Positions 25,361 through 37,722 of a DNA stretch of 64,000 nt are shown piece after piece. Position 1 is the stretch's first letter. Each line of letters starts with the position of its first letter. The notes below the pieces were generated by a model. The model made no database searches and had not been told where the DNA came from. It saw nothing but the letters and a program-made list of their open reading frames with translations. Origin of the DNA: Moniliella sp. 'wahieum' (lineage: Eukaryota); NCBI GenBank assembly GCA_003971905.1, contig RSEE01000002.1, positions 1,054,001 through 1,118,000 on the forward strand, written 5' to 3'. The position numbers and the translations under genes are program-made.

Positions 25361-26614
25361 AGCAACGTCTGGGTGGGGCCCGTAGTGATGCAGGATGGTG
25401 GTGGTGGGCAGATAGATCGATAGCTGCTGGGCTCAAGGCCACAGCTTATGACTTCCTGTGGTCTGAGGGGCGTGACAGCCTGGCCGCCTGAGCATCGTCC
25501 CCAGCCCAACGCATTGGCACGCGAGTATCACGCGGTCACGCACACGTCCACCCGATCACCGGCCCGCCTCAATTGCCTAATTGAATACTTGCATTGGCAG
25601 CCTTGCAGGCAGCGCCACGTCACGTGATGCGCAACGCCCGTTCTGGCCAAGCCCAGCCTGGCAGCTCTGATCTGCCCAGACTGGGTGGTGCAGAGACGGC
25701 GCATACTTTCAACATCCTACCTCTTCTACACGAGTACCCAAGTAATGCTGGTCTGCCTTCTGCACGCCCCTGCGCGCACGCCAGGGGAGGACCTGGTGCA
25801 GCCCCAAACTGTCTGTGGACCAGTTCCCGCCTTGTTCCTCTCCACGCGCTACCAGGGTTAGGGGGTACAAGCATGGAAAAGAGTATATACACCGCTCTAT
25901 TATAGCTTTCCCGACACTCCCATTTCACACCAGTTTACTTGCTTACTATGGTTCAAGGAAATACCAATTGCTTCATCGAATGCAATCTCATATATGGGAA
26001 GTAATGTGAGTCCCACCGGCCCCGTCGGCATTCCCTTATCAGAAGAGGTGACCGGCCGGCCGGTGACTTCGCTTTACCCCTTGGCCAAGCGGGGGTGGAG
26101 GCAACGTGTTCAGTTGTCCAACAGACATTGTCTTCTTAGTCTACATGAGGGAAAAGATCCCGGTTTTTTTCCCATTAGTTATATGAGATGATTCATCTAT
26201 GCATCCGCCGGTGTGTGCAAGACAGGTACGGAAGGGCGGACTCCTCTTCGCTATCCCTGATGGCCGGGGCAGACACTGCTTCCCTTTATATTAGTCGGAT
26301 TTTGGAAAGCCATTGCCTAAACTTGTTCCGCGAGACAGAATCGCTGTTGACGCAGGCTGTGAGAGAGTCTTTGCTCACGATTTGAATGTACAGTGGGGCC
26401 AACAAAAGACGTTTGCTTACAAGGCGGGGCCGTGATAGGGGGGCCAAGATCAAGTCGGACACTCTCGAGGCTAAACGAACAAAACAGGTACCACCATTTG
26501 AGCTGACTACCCAGACCCGCTAGGTGCCACGCCAAGGCCGAGTCGCTGAATTGATCTGAGGTGGCGGCAGCAAGACCTTTATAGTAGTGATACATGTTCT
26601 TAACCCATGGGGCA

Positions 26615-27136
26615 TCATGCATCTTTCCCGCCCCTTGTTAGAGCGGCAAGCCCGAGTAGCTTACGGAAGAGCTTGTTCTGTGCACCAGACTTGATGTACG
26701 CCGGCTTGCGGAGACGCACGCGACGGGCACGGGACATGCCATAGTTGTGAGAAGCCGTGTAGTTGTGCCAGTGCTTGAAGATGATGCGGCCATTGTCGTC
26801 TTTGAGAATACGAACACGCTTCATGAGACCCTTGTGGGGCTTAAACTTGATCCGCTCAATGGCCTTGGACTTCATTCTTTTGGGCTTAAAGTTGGCGCCC
26901 GGCTTGGAACGCATGACCTGCTTGCCGCGACCACGCTTGAGCGGCCGTTTGCTCTTGGGCACCCGGATCCTCAAGCCGGGGGGGGCAGTGCGGCCATCGA
27001 AGGAGGGGAGGGCGAGAGTGGGGCGGGTACGCGCACACAGAGCCAGCCCCCTGGTAAGAGCCACTGGGGCAGAACGCACAGTGGGGCGCACGGCGAGGCT
27101 CAACCCGGCCAACAGACGTGTCGTTGCCAACACCAT
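26615..27136 (-). CDS. bL35m: Mitochondrial ribosomal protein bL35m
   Basis: Arg/Ala/Leu-rich presequence, then KFKPHKGLMKRVRI...H..Y..SRARRVRLRKPAYI, matching the bL35 KxKTHKGxxKR pattern. Confidence 0.75.
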   Translation of the reverse strand: MVLATTRLLAGLSLAVRPTVRSAPVALTRGLALCARTRPTLALPSFDGRTAPPGLRIRVPKSKRPLKRGRGKQVMRSKPGANFKPKRMKSKAIERIKFKPHKGLMKRVRILKDDNGRIIFKHWHNYTASHNYGMSRARRVRLRKPAYIKSGAQNKLFRKLLGLAALTRGGKDA

Positions 27137-27322
27137 GGTTGCGGGAAGCTTGGATGATGGGCCGGCCCGGCCCGCCGTGATTCTTCGGAATGGCTGACGG
27201 AACAAATTAATTCCGCTGTCCAACTTCCTCGCCCTCAGCTGGTCGCTGATTTGTGTGGGAGGCAGGAAGACGTCTTCCAGAGTCCAGCTACCAGCTCTCA
27301 AGTTGCCAGCCCTACCACCGCC

Positions 27323-27725
27323 ATGACGCTATCACTTAATCTTTTCAAGCACATGACCAAAATCGACGTGCGCATGGTCCCTGTGCCCGTATCCCCCGGA
27401 ACGCGGGCCCTGCGCACTTTCCTCTCCTACCTCCCCGCCCGGTTACCGACCAATGCAGCCATCGTCTATGGTCTGACCGAAATGCCGCCCATTAACATTA
27501 CTCCGTCACATCGCCCAAGCAGGCCAGCATTGAAGTCCACTACACAGACGGGAGCAAGGTTACCGTTATTCCCGACCGCCAGCCCAAACTCGGTTTCCTT
27601 GAGTTGCAACGTAGGGTACGTCCCGCTCCCTTGGCATCACCTCCAGCATGCTAACTGTGCCCGCATCCCCGTAGCTTGAGGGCCCGGCACGGCTGCTTTA
27701 TCTCAAGGAGCAGGATTCTGATACC
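27323..27725 (+). CDS. mL53: Mitochondrial ribosomal protein mL53 (yeast Mrpl44-like)
   Basis: KHMTKIDVRM..GTRALRTFLSYLP, then (1-bp shift) SIEVHYTDGSKVTV, intron 27616-27674, then LEGPARLLYLKEQ. The stop position is uncertain. Confidence 0.65.
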
Positions 27726-28597
27726 ACGACATGCATATTCAAACCTGAACCACTGGATGGGGTGGAAAGCAATGGTTTCACCAGGAGCAACGTGGATTTC
27801 CTGGGCTTTCTTTTCTGTCGCCGAGGCTGGTACATAGGGACATGAAAGAGGGATGGTCGCCATTACTCGCTCGCCTGCTTAAATGCCAAGGGTGGTTACG
27901 TTGAGCGGATGGGGCCGCTGGAGGGGCCGAGAGCAGCTCCACAGGAAAAAAAGAAACGTGGGGCAAAAGTTCGCCATCACATTCGGGAGACTATCCGGTC
28001 GCCTGCGGGAAGACGGCAGACACGCATTTTGATTGGATCATTGAGAGGGCCAAGGATGGAGAGTCGGTACTGAGAGATGCATGCGGTCATATCAAGCCCA
28101 GACTCTTTCCATCCAGGTCATTTGTAACGCTCAGGCTATGACAAAGTAAACGCTTTTCCCTGCAGGCTCCCCCCTCTGGTATGATAGCCATAAAGCAGTT
28201 AAGAAAAGGGAACTTCGCGCCATCAGGCTTACTTCGGATTCTCGAACCCGACGAAGATGGCCGTGCCGACCCGACTACAAAGTGATCCCAGGGCTCGACT
28301 CAGTCGGAGGTGGTGCGCCAGCGTTCTTCTTGTGAATGTTGAACGTTAAACCACGCGAAGCCGAACGTAGAACGGGCAAAGCCACGATTTCAGTATTTCA
28401 TTCCAGCGTTCGACTTTTAAGCACTACCAGCTAGGCCTTAAGACAGTCACGTGGCTGGCTAGTCACCCGTCAGCCGCTCAGCCTCAGCGGAAGAGCTGCG
28501 GAAAAGGATTAGAATCGGCCCGGGGCTCGGCTGGTCGGCCACACCAGTCGGATGGCGATGGCTTGCCGCGAGCCATCCACCTTGACTTACGGGCAAC

Positions 28598-29204
28598 ATG
28601 TCATTGTACCCCAAGTGGCTGCCGGACGTCCACGTCCGCGAGGGCAAGCCCCTCTGGCAGGATCCCGCCTCCTTCGAGCCCCTGAAGGGCGCCGTCTTCG
28701 TTGGTGGGTACACTGGCTTTGTTGGCTCTCTCGTTGCTTTCAACCGTATCCTTGCCGAGTCGGGCAAAGTTGTCCGCCCCCCCTTCCATGCGCGGGCGGC
28801 CAGGTGATGCGCACGGCTGGTACCTATGGTGCCGTGGGTGCCACATTTGCCTTTGTCCAGGCCGCGGTCCGTGTGGCTCGCGGCAAGAAGGCCGAGGACT
28901 TCGTCTCCTCCTTCTCCGGCGGTGCCGCTGCGGGATTTTTGATTGGCGCACGCAGTACGTCATCTTTTTCTCTTCGTTCCTTATGTATGGAGTGCTGACA
29001 ACTTGGTGTGTAGGGGGTACGACTCCGGCCCTTTTCCTCGTGCCCTTGCTCACTGGATTGACGATGGGCACGCTAACCTTCATGGGCACTTCGTTCACCC
29101 GCGGCGATGAGCTGTATGGCCAACCGGGACCGCTGGATATTCAAGACCAATTGGTCACGCATAAGCCTGATGACCTCAAGGTGGACAAGCTCTGGCCTCT
29201 CTAA
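28598..29204 (+). CDS. NDUFA11: Tim17-family membrane protein, probably complex I subunit NDUFA11 (21.3 kDa)
   Basis: Gly-rich TM helices and GTYGAVGATFAFVQAAVRVARGKKAEDFVSSFSGGAAAGFLIGAR (PRAT-like motif). Intron 28955-29013; one frameshift. Confidence 0.7.
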
Positions 29205-29776
29205 GTGCCAAATGGATTCTGCTCCTGCATGACTGTCTCCTCACCTGAGTGTACCAATACTAAAGTGTTACAGCCAGCCTTCGACCTGGCGTCAGACGTG
29301 AATGGAAGTGGTTAAGAACCAGTTTCTTCCTCCTATTGTCTCATTTTGAGATGAAGGGAAATGATTGCTTGGTTCGATGGATAATCATCTCCAGGGGTTG
29401 CGTCCGGAGAATACTGGCGCCGCTGTTCAAAAAGATAGTGTTTGCGTCGTCCTCCCGAACAGCGGGGTAGCGCTTATGAAGCTGCAAGCTGAAAATCATG
29501 TTGATGGTAGGACACGGCCAAACGAAATGAGTGGCCCCTCTGTGTCTGCCTGCGCTGCACTATGCGTAATCCGCGTCAAGTGCCAATCTGGAGGCAGGGG
29601 AAGACGCGCACAATCACGCTCTAGAACTTGAACTTGAAGGCGCAAGTGGGGCAAAGGGGGCATTGCGGGTGGCGGCTTAGAGCATGAGGCATGAGGCCAG
29701 TATCTCGGAGCGCACGGGGGCAATTTATTCATTTACCTTGCCCCCCAGCAATGCGTTTTCCCTCCACCACATCGAC

Positions 29777-31071
29777 ATGCGCGCGGCACACTACAGCCAG
29801 CCAGTCGGGCTCCCAGTGTATGCGGTTGCATTCGTTGCCCCCCGTGTTGTTGCCTATGTCGGAGGCGGAGGAGCGTCCAAGAGTGGTGTGAAGAACAAGC
29901 TGGTTCTCGCTGGGCTGGAGGATGAGGCGCTTCATCCGCTCGTTGAGCTCACTCTCAGCTCTGATGAGGATGCACCGATGTGCATGGCCGTTGACCGGGT
30001 GGGCGGGGTGATTGTGTGCAGTGTTAATTCGTCCCCCAGTACACTGAAAAGGGGGGAGAACAAGACTCTCCGCCTATATCGGTATACCCTCCCTCCCCGG
30101 GGCGGGAGAGTCGAAGAACCCAGATGTTAAGTACGTCGAACCCGCCTTCTGAGCCATCAGGGCTGACACACCACAGGGAGGGCGACGAGAGTGAGGCCAC
30201 ACTCGAACCTCTGAGGTTTATTCCGGATTGCCCATTACGAATCCCGAGGACTATCCCAAGGTCCTTGCGTTGGCTCCCGCGATCACCTCCGAAAGCGGAA
30301 ACAGAACAGCTGGTCGCGCTCTACTTGAGGCGGGCACCGATGGCAGTGTGGTGCTGCATCCGTATCCTCATGTGAGCGGGAAGGCTCTATGGAGTGCGGC
30401 GCCTACTCAGCCTGAGGCACTTTTTGCGCTCTCGATACGATTTACGATGCGGATTTTGCACCCTCGGTGACGTAGTGGCGATCGCTGCCGCCCAAACGTT
30501 GCGCATCGTCAGCGCAGAGGGGGAGGAGCCGACGGTAACGCGGTCGATCACCAACCCCGAAGTTGGGACAGGGAAGGGCACGTTCCGCTCGGCCAAGTTT
30601 GCTCCTCATGGCCGTGTTCTCTATACAGCTGTCAACACCACCCCTCCTAGCGGGGCAGGCAAGAAGGCGCCGCGGACTAGTTTTGTATCGGCGTGGGAGG
30701 TCGACAACTGGGCGCTGCGCGACACGCGCAAAGTTGGTGCCAAACCCGTGACTACATTTGCGGTCGCACCCGACGGCGGGGCGGTGGCAGTTGGGGGGGC
30801 AGACCTGAGCATAAGTGTGCTGGATGGAGAGACGCTGAGGCTGCGCACTCGGATTCTTGCTGCCCACTCGTTCCCCCCGCCCACCACTCTCGCCTTCTCG
30901 CCCGACGGGCGTTGGCTTGTGTCCGGCTCAGCGGACAACACGCTGCGATGTGTGCGGGTGCCTGAGAGGAGCGGCGGGAAGCATGGGCCTGCACTGGCGG
31001 CGCTGCTGGCGGCGCTGCTCCTGCTGCTGGTTGCGATGGCCGTCCAGCTGTCTCGGCAGCAGGGAGCGTAA
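29777..31071 (+). CDS. SEC12: Sec12/PREB WD40 Sar1 GEF
   Basis: N-terminal GLPVYAV..VGGGGASKSGVKNKL signature, WD repeats (AHSFP..TLAFSPDGRWLVSGSADNTLR) and a C-terminal TM anchor. Intron 30131-30176. Frameshifted. Confidence 0.88.
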
Positions 31072-31369
31072 CGGGACGCGTCTGAGTGACGCGTAGCAAG
31101 GCATGCTGTGCTATGCTGTGACCGTCTTGGACACGTAAGAATGCCAAGACCTACGAGGGCGTAGGGATGCACATGTTGGTTTTGAAATTGCACACCTGCC
31201 ACGTGGCTCAGGATGATCGATGATCGGGCGAGTACAGGCGAGCATATCCCCGTAGTGTGGCCGGCAGCGAGGATAGCCGCAGTTAATTCGGTCGCAGTAC
31301 TCAGCTGTTCCTGCACCGCCACACCGCCCCCACCGCCCTCCCCCCCCCCCCCCACCAACACCCTCTTCG

Positions 31370-32721
31370 ATGGCGTACCAGCCCACTCATCTCGGTGCTC
31401 CCGCCGCGGGGCTCCGCCGACGTTGGGTACGCCCCGCAACCCCTACATGCCCCTCTCCCACTCCCCGCGCCTCTCGCCTCGCCCCTCGCCCCAGCCCTCC
31501 CCTTCGCAGCGTTCTCCTCACGCGGCCTCGTCCACCCGCCTGCCCCCGGCACCCACCACTGGGCTCGGCCACCGCAACTATGCGTCGATGAGCGGTGTGC
31601 CCTACACCGCGAGTCAAGGCCCATGTATGGCAACATGCATACCCGGCATGCCCCACACGCCAGCGTTGCTGCCCCTGGGCACATGCCCCCCGTCGGCATG
31701 GGCTCTTATGCCAGCACTGCCAGCCCCTATGCATATGGCCATACGCGACCTGCTTCGTACGCCGGTCCTTCACCCTACAGCGCTGGCTATGGCGGGGGAT
31801 ATGGGTCGTCGTCGTTCGGCGCCCCCTACGGTGGAAGCACCCTCTCGTCCGCCGCCCCTGCTTCGTCTGCGTGGACCGATGCCGACACCCACCCTCATAC
31901 AGCAGCTGAAGGACTTCTCTTCGCGCGCAGAGGATGCCATCGACACGTACACACACCCGATCAAACCTTACATCCCTGCCCTTGGTCGGTTTTTGATTGT
32001 CGTCACCTTCCTCGAGGATGCGATCCGTATCGTGTCCCAATGGTCTGACCAGCTCGCCTACCTTCAGCGATACCGGCACTTTTACTGGGGATTCAGTCAT
32101 ATCTTCCTCCTGACCAATGTCGTCGTCATGACCGCGGCTTCGTTTGCCGTCATTTTGCGGCGTTTTCCCGAAGCTTCTGTCGCGGCTTTACTGTGTGTGA
32201 TCTTCGCGCAAGCGGTGGGGTACGGAATGCTGCTCGATGCAACCTTTTTCCTGCGCAACCTTTCGGTCATCGGCGGCTTGTTGATGTGTCTCTCTGACTC
32301 TCTCAAAGCTGAAAGAAAGCACCACCCGATCCTGGCTGGGCTACCCTCGATTTCTCCTACCGATCGAAACATCTACCTCCAACTCGCCGGGCGTGTGCTG
32401 CTCATTGGCTTGTTCATTGGCTTCATCTTCCATGGGGAGTGGTCTTTCCTTCGTGCTATCACGGCTGTCCTGGGTCTCGGTGCGTGCGTCATGGTTGCTG
32501 TCGGGTTCAAAGCCCGCTGGTCGGCTTCCTTCCTTGTGCTGCTCCTCTCCTCGTTCAATTTGGTCGTGAACAACTTCTGGTCCGTGCACACGAACCACCC
32601 GTCTCGGGATTTCCTCCGGTACGACTTTTTCCAGACGCTCAGCATTGTAGGGGGGTTGCTTCTGCTGGTCAATATGGGCCCTGGGTCCTACTCGATTGAC
32701 GAAGCCAAGAAGGAATCGTAA
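31370..32721 (+). CDS. ERV29: Erv29/SURF4 COPII cargo receptor
   Basis: IKPYIPALGRFLIVVTFLEDAIRI..QW..Q, FFLRNLSVIGGLL, RDFLRYDFFQTLSIVGGLLLLVNMGPG and a C-terminal KKxx (KKES). The N-terminal low-complexity part is frameshifted. Confidence 0.95.
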
Positions 32722-33442
32722 AGTTTGGTTCAAGGAGACCACCAGCGGGCGTTGAACGTTGAACTCCTCCTTACCCAAATAAACATGCTTTTTCCCTTGG
32801 GCCCCAGTCACAGTCACCTGGTCAACAACACGAGTCCTGTAGGGCAGCCCTACCACCTCAACTTTCGCTTCTTTTTACTACTGAGCCAACAAACGAGCTT
32901 CGTTCTCTCTCACGTAGCACCCCTCAAGCACCAAATTTGATACGAAAGCATGTGTGACCAATAGCGCCGAGCAGGGTGTGAGTGTCGGCAATACCAGCCT
33001 GCAGTGGGCCAGATGCACATCAATCTCTGCTGTCAAAAGGTAGCTCAATTTACATGAATTCTGTTGCACCACCGTGATGGTTGCTGTGAGTGTGGCACTG
33101 CCCTCAAAGGTTTGGTCTATAGACTTCGCCTGTGCGCCTCGCTCCTACGTGGCGCCTTCACTTTGATCCAATTGTAAGCCGCGCATGTAATAGACACCAC
33201 TGGCGCATTCCTCTCTTTCTTCCTTACCACCCTCACCTCTTCGCTCAACTGGTTACTTCGTTCTCGCTCACCTGCTTCTGGTAGTTCAGACCGCGCCGTC
33301 GGCCTGCCGTAGTACGTCGCTACAATTCAGTGCAAATTTTTGTATCAACTAGGGGACCACTGGGCCCACTAACTGGTCTAAAATTTTAGAAGTATGCCCG
33401 TAGTGACAGTTATGTTTCCCATTTGGTTGTCGAACCGTCAAC

Positions 33443-33514
33443 GCCTCTTTGGCTCAATGGTAAGGCGTCGCACTCGTAATGCGAAGATTAGTCGTTCGAT
33501 TCGGCTAGGAGGCA
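33443..33514 (+). tRNA. tRNA-Thr (anticodon CGT)
   Basis: 72-nt cloverleaf: acceptor stem GCCTCTT/AGGAGGC plus discriminator A; A-box TGGCTCAATGG; anticodon stem TCGCA/TGCGA with loop CTCGTAA; T-loop GTTCGATTC; followed by a T6 Pol III terminator. Confidence 0.95.
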
Positions 33515-33839
33515 TTTTTTGCCATCGTGTTGATTTTTTGTTCCAGCAAGTCATCAACTGCACTTCGCTGATGATGTTTTGACCTGTTGTGTGGTGTCCA
33601 TCTACTTGGCTGGAGGGTCTACGTGACTGGAGTCGGTGCCTGTGCTTACATCAGTGGTAAACGCAGTGCCCTGAGCGCTTTAGACGCGCGAAGATCCCAT
33701 TCGGAAGTTTACAGCTGAAAAATCAATCTAGCAGGCGGGAGCGTTTGCCACAAAGCAAGAAAGCTGAATTTTGAGCCCAGCCACCATTCGCATCTCCTGA
33801 AGGTCGGTGATGGTTGGGGCATTGGGGACAGTCAATGAC

Positions 33840-34589
33840 TTAGTACCACGACCCCCTACCCCGTCCACGATAGGGGCGGCGGGGATAATACCCACGTCCC
33901 CTCCCCGGCCACGCCCACGCCCCCGTGTCATACCTGGGATGTTGGTGCGCTTGGCGGTAACCTTCAGAAGGCGGCCGCGGAAGAGGGACTCGTTGAGGAG
34001 CATCGCGCTCGCTACCAATGATGGGTCGGAAAATTCAACATAGGCAAACCTAATCCAGTGTCAGAGGTATGATTTTTTTTGGTGGAAACGAAGGACGTAC
34101 CCTTTAGGATGGCCAGTGAACTTGTCACACAAAATGGTCACCCGGTTGATGCTACCACATCCGCTGAAGTGTTGTTGAATTTCTTCCGGTGACGCGCCAT
34201 AGTCCACCTGTGGGGGGGGGGTCAGTACCACGGAACAAATGGAAGAAGAACATCAAGACATACGTTACCGACATAGATACTACGCGCATCCACCTCCTCC
34301 TTTTCCTCTTCGTAGGACCAGAACCAGGGGGCCTCGGTGCTGGTGGATTGGAAGTAGATGGCGCAGGAGCAGCAGCATCGGACTGAGCGGTCATCTCACG
34401 CAGCTTGGCCGCCTCAGCCTCCATCTCGGCCATCCGGGCCTTCATCGCCTCAATCTCGGCGTCCTCGTCGAGCGCTCCCATGTCGGCGTCCATACCGGCG
34501 CCAGCGGCAACGATGGGGTGTTCCGCCGCTGGGGCAGCGGGCGCGGGAACGGTGGTGCTGGTGGCGGGGGCGGCGGGCTGGTCAGACAT
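33840..34589 (-). CDS. PAB2: Nuclear poly(A)-binding protein (PABPN1/Pab2)
   Basis: [21 protein letters not shown] coiled coil; RRM with SIYVGN|VDY and RNP1 [32 protein letters not shown]-rich tail. Introns 34208-34263 and 34050-34100. Confidence 0.93.
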
Positions 34590-34880
34590 GGCAGCGTGTT
34601 GGATTGGTGGCTCGAACGCAAAATTTCCCGGCCAGCGATCGATGCGCCTACGCTGCCAGACAGGGCGGAATGGGTGGGGCGGAATGCGATGGGCCACTTC
34701 ACGCGGATGCCCCAGCTGGAGGCGAGAGCCGAAGCAGCGCGTCGCACGGCCGAGTGTTCAACTGCAGCGTGGGCAGCGTGGATGGATTGACGCAGCGCGC
34801 CGTCGACAGCGACACCATCTCCCCCACTCCGCTGACCGCGCAGCCGAGGCAGCTCTGCCACCACCACCTCCTCCTCCCCC

Positions 34881-37186
34881 ATGGCGCTTCCGCCTGCCCC
34901 TGCGTGCCCACTTGGCACACCCCCGCGCCCTCGGGAGGGGCAGGGCGCAGCCGCCAGGCTCTGGCCGCCGGCGCCCTCGTCGACTCGGCCATCGTGATCG
35001 CCCTCCACTCTGCCGGCTTCCGCCGATCATCAGGTCACGCTGTTGGAATGCTCGGCGAAGTCCTGCAGAGGTACATCTCACTCCTTGGCCAGCGTGCGCG
35101 CGACCATGCCGAGTTCTCCAACCGCACTGTGCCGCACTTGAGGGACGTGAGTGCGTCCCTGGAGGAAGTTGGGGTAGACCTTGAGGAGCTGCTCGCGTGG
35201 CACCCCGTATCGAACATGGGTTCAGCGCCTGGCACATCAAGCGACGTGCCTGCCTTGGCCGACTTGCGACTGCGTGCTGCAGCCCTGGTGCGGCCAGAAG
35301 ACATCCTACCCGCCCCACCCGACAAGTGCGGGAATACCTCCCTGTTGATCCTGCCGACCGATACTACGCACTCGCCGCTGTTGAGGCGGCTGCTGAGAAT
35401 GAGGAAATTGGGGATGCTGATGCGGAACCAATGGAACTCGACTCTTCGTTCAGCGACACGGACGGCGAACTTTCATCTGCCCCTTCTGGCCCAAGCAGTA
35501 GCACTTCCTTCCCTCCTGAGCAAGAGCTCAGTACCTTTCACCACGAGTTCATCCCCTCTCATCTCCCTCCTCTTCCTGCAACGAAGGATAGAGAAGACAT
35601 GTTTGCCGCATCACCCCTGTCCGAGGTACCGTCAAGGATAGCTTCCCCTGCACCTAGGAGAAAGAGCTATCCCCCAAAAGGTCAAACGAGGTGGCCACCG
35701 AGGAAGCCAAGTCTGGTCCCGAAGTCCCTTCTTCTCTTCGCGCTTTGCTCAGGAGCATGGTGCAAACTCTGTGCTCGACTTGCCCCGATTCGACCATTCT
35801 CAAGTGCGCAAAGCACTACCCGAGCCTACAGTCGACACTGCCCTTTACGCCTATGCTGCCAACTTACGCGCACTGCAGGCCGAGCCCTCATCCTCCGCAA
35901 CGGCCAACTACAAGATTGACGATACCGATTCGGCTCTGCCCGATCCGGCCATGCGACTTGCAAGGCCAAGCGACGGCGGATTGCAGCGACTGTAGCGGAC
36001 GTGGGCCAGTTCTCACCCGCCGACACACTCTACGCTGGTGTGTCAGTCCGGGCCAATGCGCCTTTCGTCCCTCCTCCCTCGATCTTGGTTACTGCTCCCC
36101 CGCCGATACCAGTGGTACCAGGAGAACCGCCTCCCAATATGGCCCCGATTCTATCCATGACTCACCCCCACGGGCAGAGCGTTGCCATGTTCCCCCCTCG
36201 GGTGCGCTCCAGCCTGCCCTGGGCTACCGCTGGCCCGCGCAAGTTGCCAGTGCAGCGATGGCGTAGCAGACCACGATGTGCGACGGCGAGTGTCAAGGCT
36301 CGCGGATCCCGCCCCATTGTTGGACGACAAGGGCGCAGAGAGGGTGTTCCATGGAAAACCTGCGCCTCGTCATTTGTTGGGATTGAGTTACGGGGCTCTT
36401 GCTCCGACCATCAATGAATTGCGGAGCACGTGGCAAGCTGCTCATCCTGGTGAAGAGTTTACACCGCCGCAGAGGGGAACACTCGTCTACACTTGGGATT
36501 GGACTGCACGAGATCCTTACGACCGCAATCTCCCGGGCGAAGTCATTTCCCCGGATATGGGCAACAACGAGAAGAGCGGCTCGCTTTCCCCGGCTAAATC
36601 CGCCAGAACCACCACTCCCCAAGTCCACCAATTGTCCCAGGAGTTGAAATCCCAGGAGGAGCATGTCAATGGCAGGCCGCCTGCCAATCCGATTCCTCAG
36701 ACCAACAGAGTGGATTCACCCTTGTCTTCCCCCGTACTGCCGGAGATGAATTTGGTTCCTGCCGAAGTGACCAAGGACCAAGGACCTGACGTTCCCACCA
36801 CAGGTGGAACTCCGAACCATCCCCGTGATTCTTCTCCCTCCCACGCCGTCTCGACACTGCTCGCTCCCTTGTCTCGATCACGCAGCTTACCACGCAGTCC
36901 TGACCGAGAATCTCCCAAGGACCACCTGATCGGTAACCCGGCCCGCCCGACGAAAAGCTCACCACTGAAAACCAGACCCGAACCCGATTCCCCCCAGCCA
37001 GAGACCAGCCCTGCGAGGAACGCTGCCGACACGGATGCGACGGAGCCTCTGACAAGGAGCTGTGCCCCGGCGTCGTCCACAAGGTCGTGGCCTCGCCCCC
37101 CGCCCCCTAACGGAGCATGTTTCTTCCGTCCCCCAGCCTGCCAACCCGGCCGGGTCTCTTCCACCCCAACCAACTCCGTCGTCTGA
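34881..37186 (+). CDS. Bromodomain-associated (BTP) histone-fold protein, TAF8-like
   Basis: LHSAGF..SS.HAV.MLGEVLQRYISLLGQRARDHAEFSNRTVPHLRDVSASLEEVGV (histone fold), then FIPSHLPPLP (TAF8_C-like), then a long low-complexity tail. Frameshifted. Confidence 0.7.
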
Positions 37187-37722
37187 GGGGAAAGAGGTGA
37201 TGGAAGATGCTGTGTAATGACTCCCCTGCCTGGTGAGGGCGACCCAGCGCAGGCGAGGGCAACGAGTGGTATACTGTTTGTTGTGCTGTCCCCATCCTAC
37301 TTCTGAATCCACAGTCGCCTTTGCCAAACGTCATAGATGGACCGCGCGGAGGAAACGCATCATCCACGTCCACTAGGCCTGCTCATCGGGATCGTAGGGT
37401 CACTCCGTTCTGGGAGGGCGACGTCATATCTGGGCGGGTCAGTGGTCACCGGCCCGTGCTGAGCTCAGCATAGCATTCAGCGGCCCGCGCAGGCGCAGGC
37501 GTGGCACGTGGCAGGTGACGATGGATGGTGTGTCTCGGGACTGCTCGGACGGAATCGGGTGGAAGCGGGCGGAAGCGGCGGAAGAGAGGGCGTGTGCGGC
37601 CGTGCGGGCGTTACATCAGCATGCGCAGGTGCGGGCCAGCGGCGGGTATAAAGCAGCCGGACCCCCCAGCTTGCCACCATCGGGCGCCCTCCGCAGCACG
37701 CACACCGACACCCGCCTCGGCT

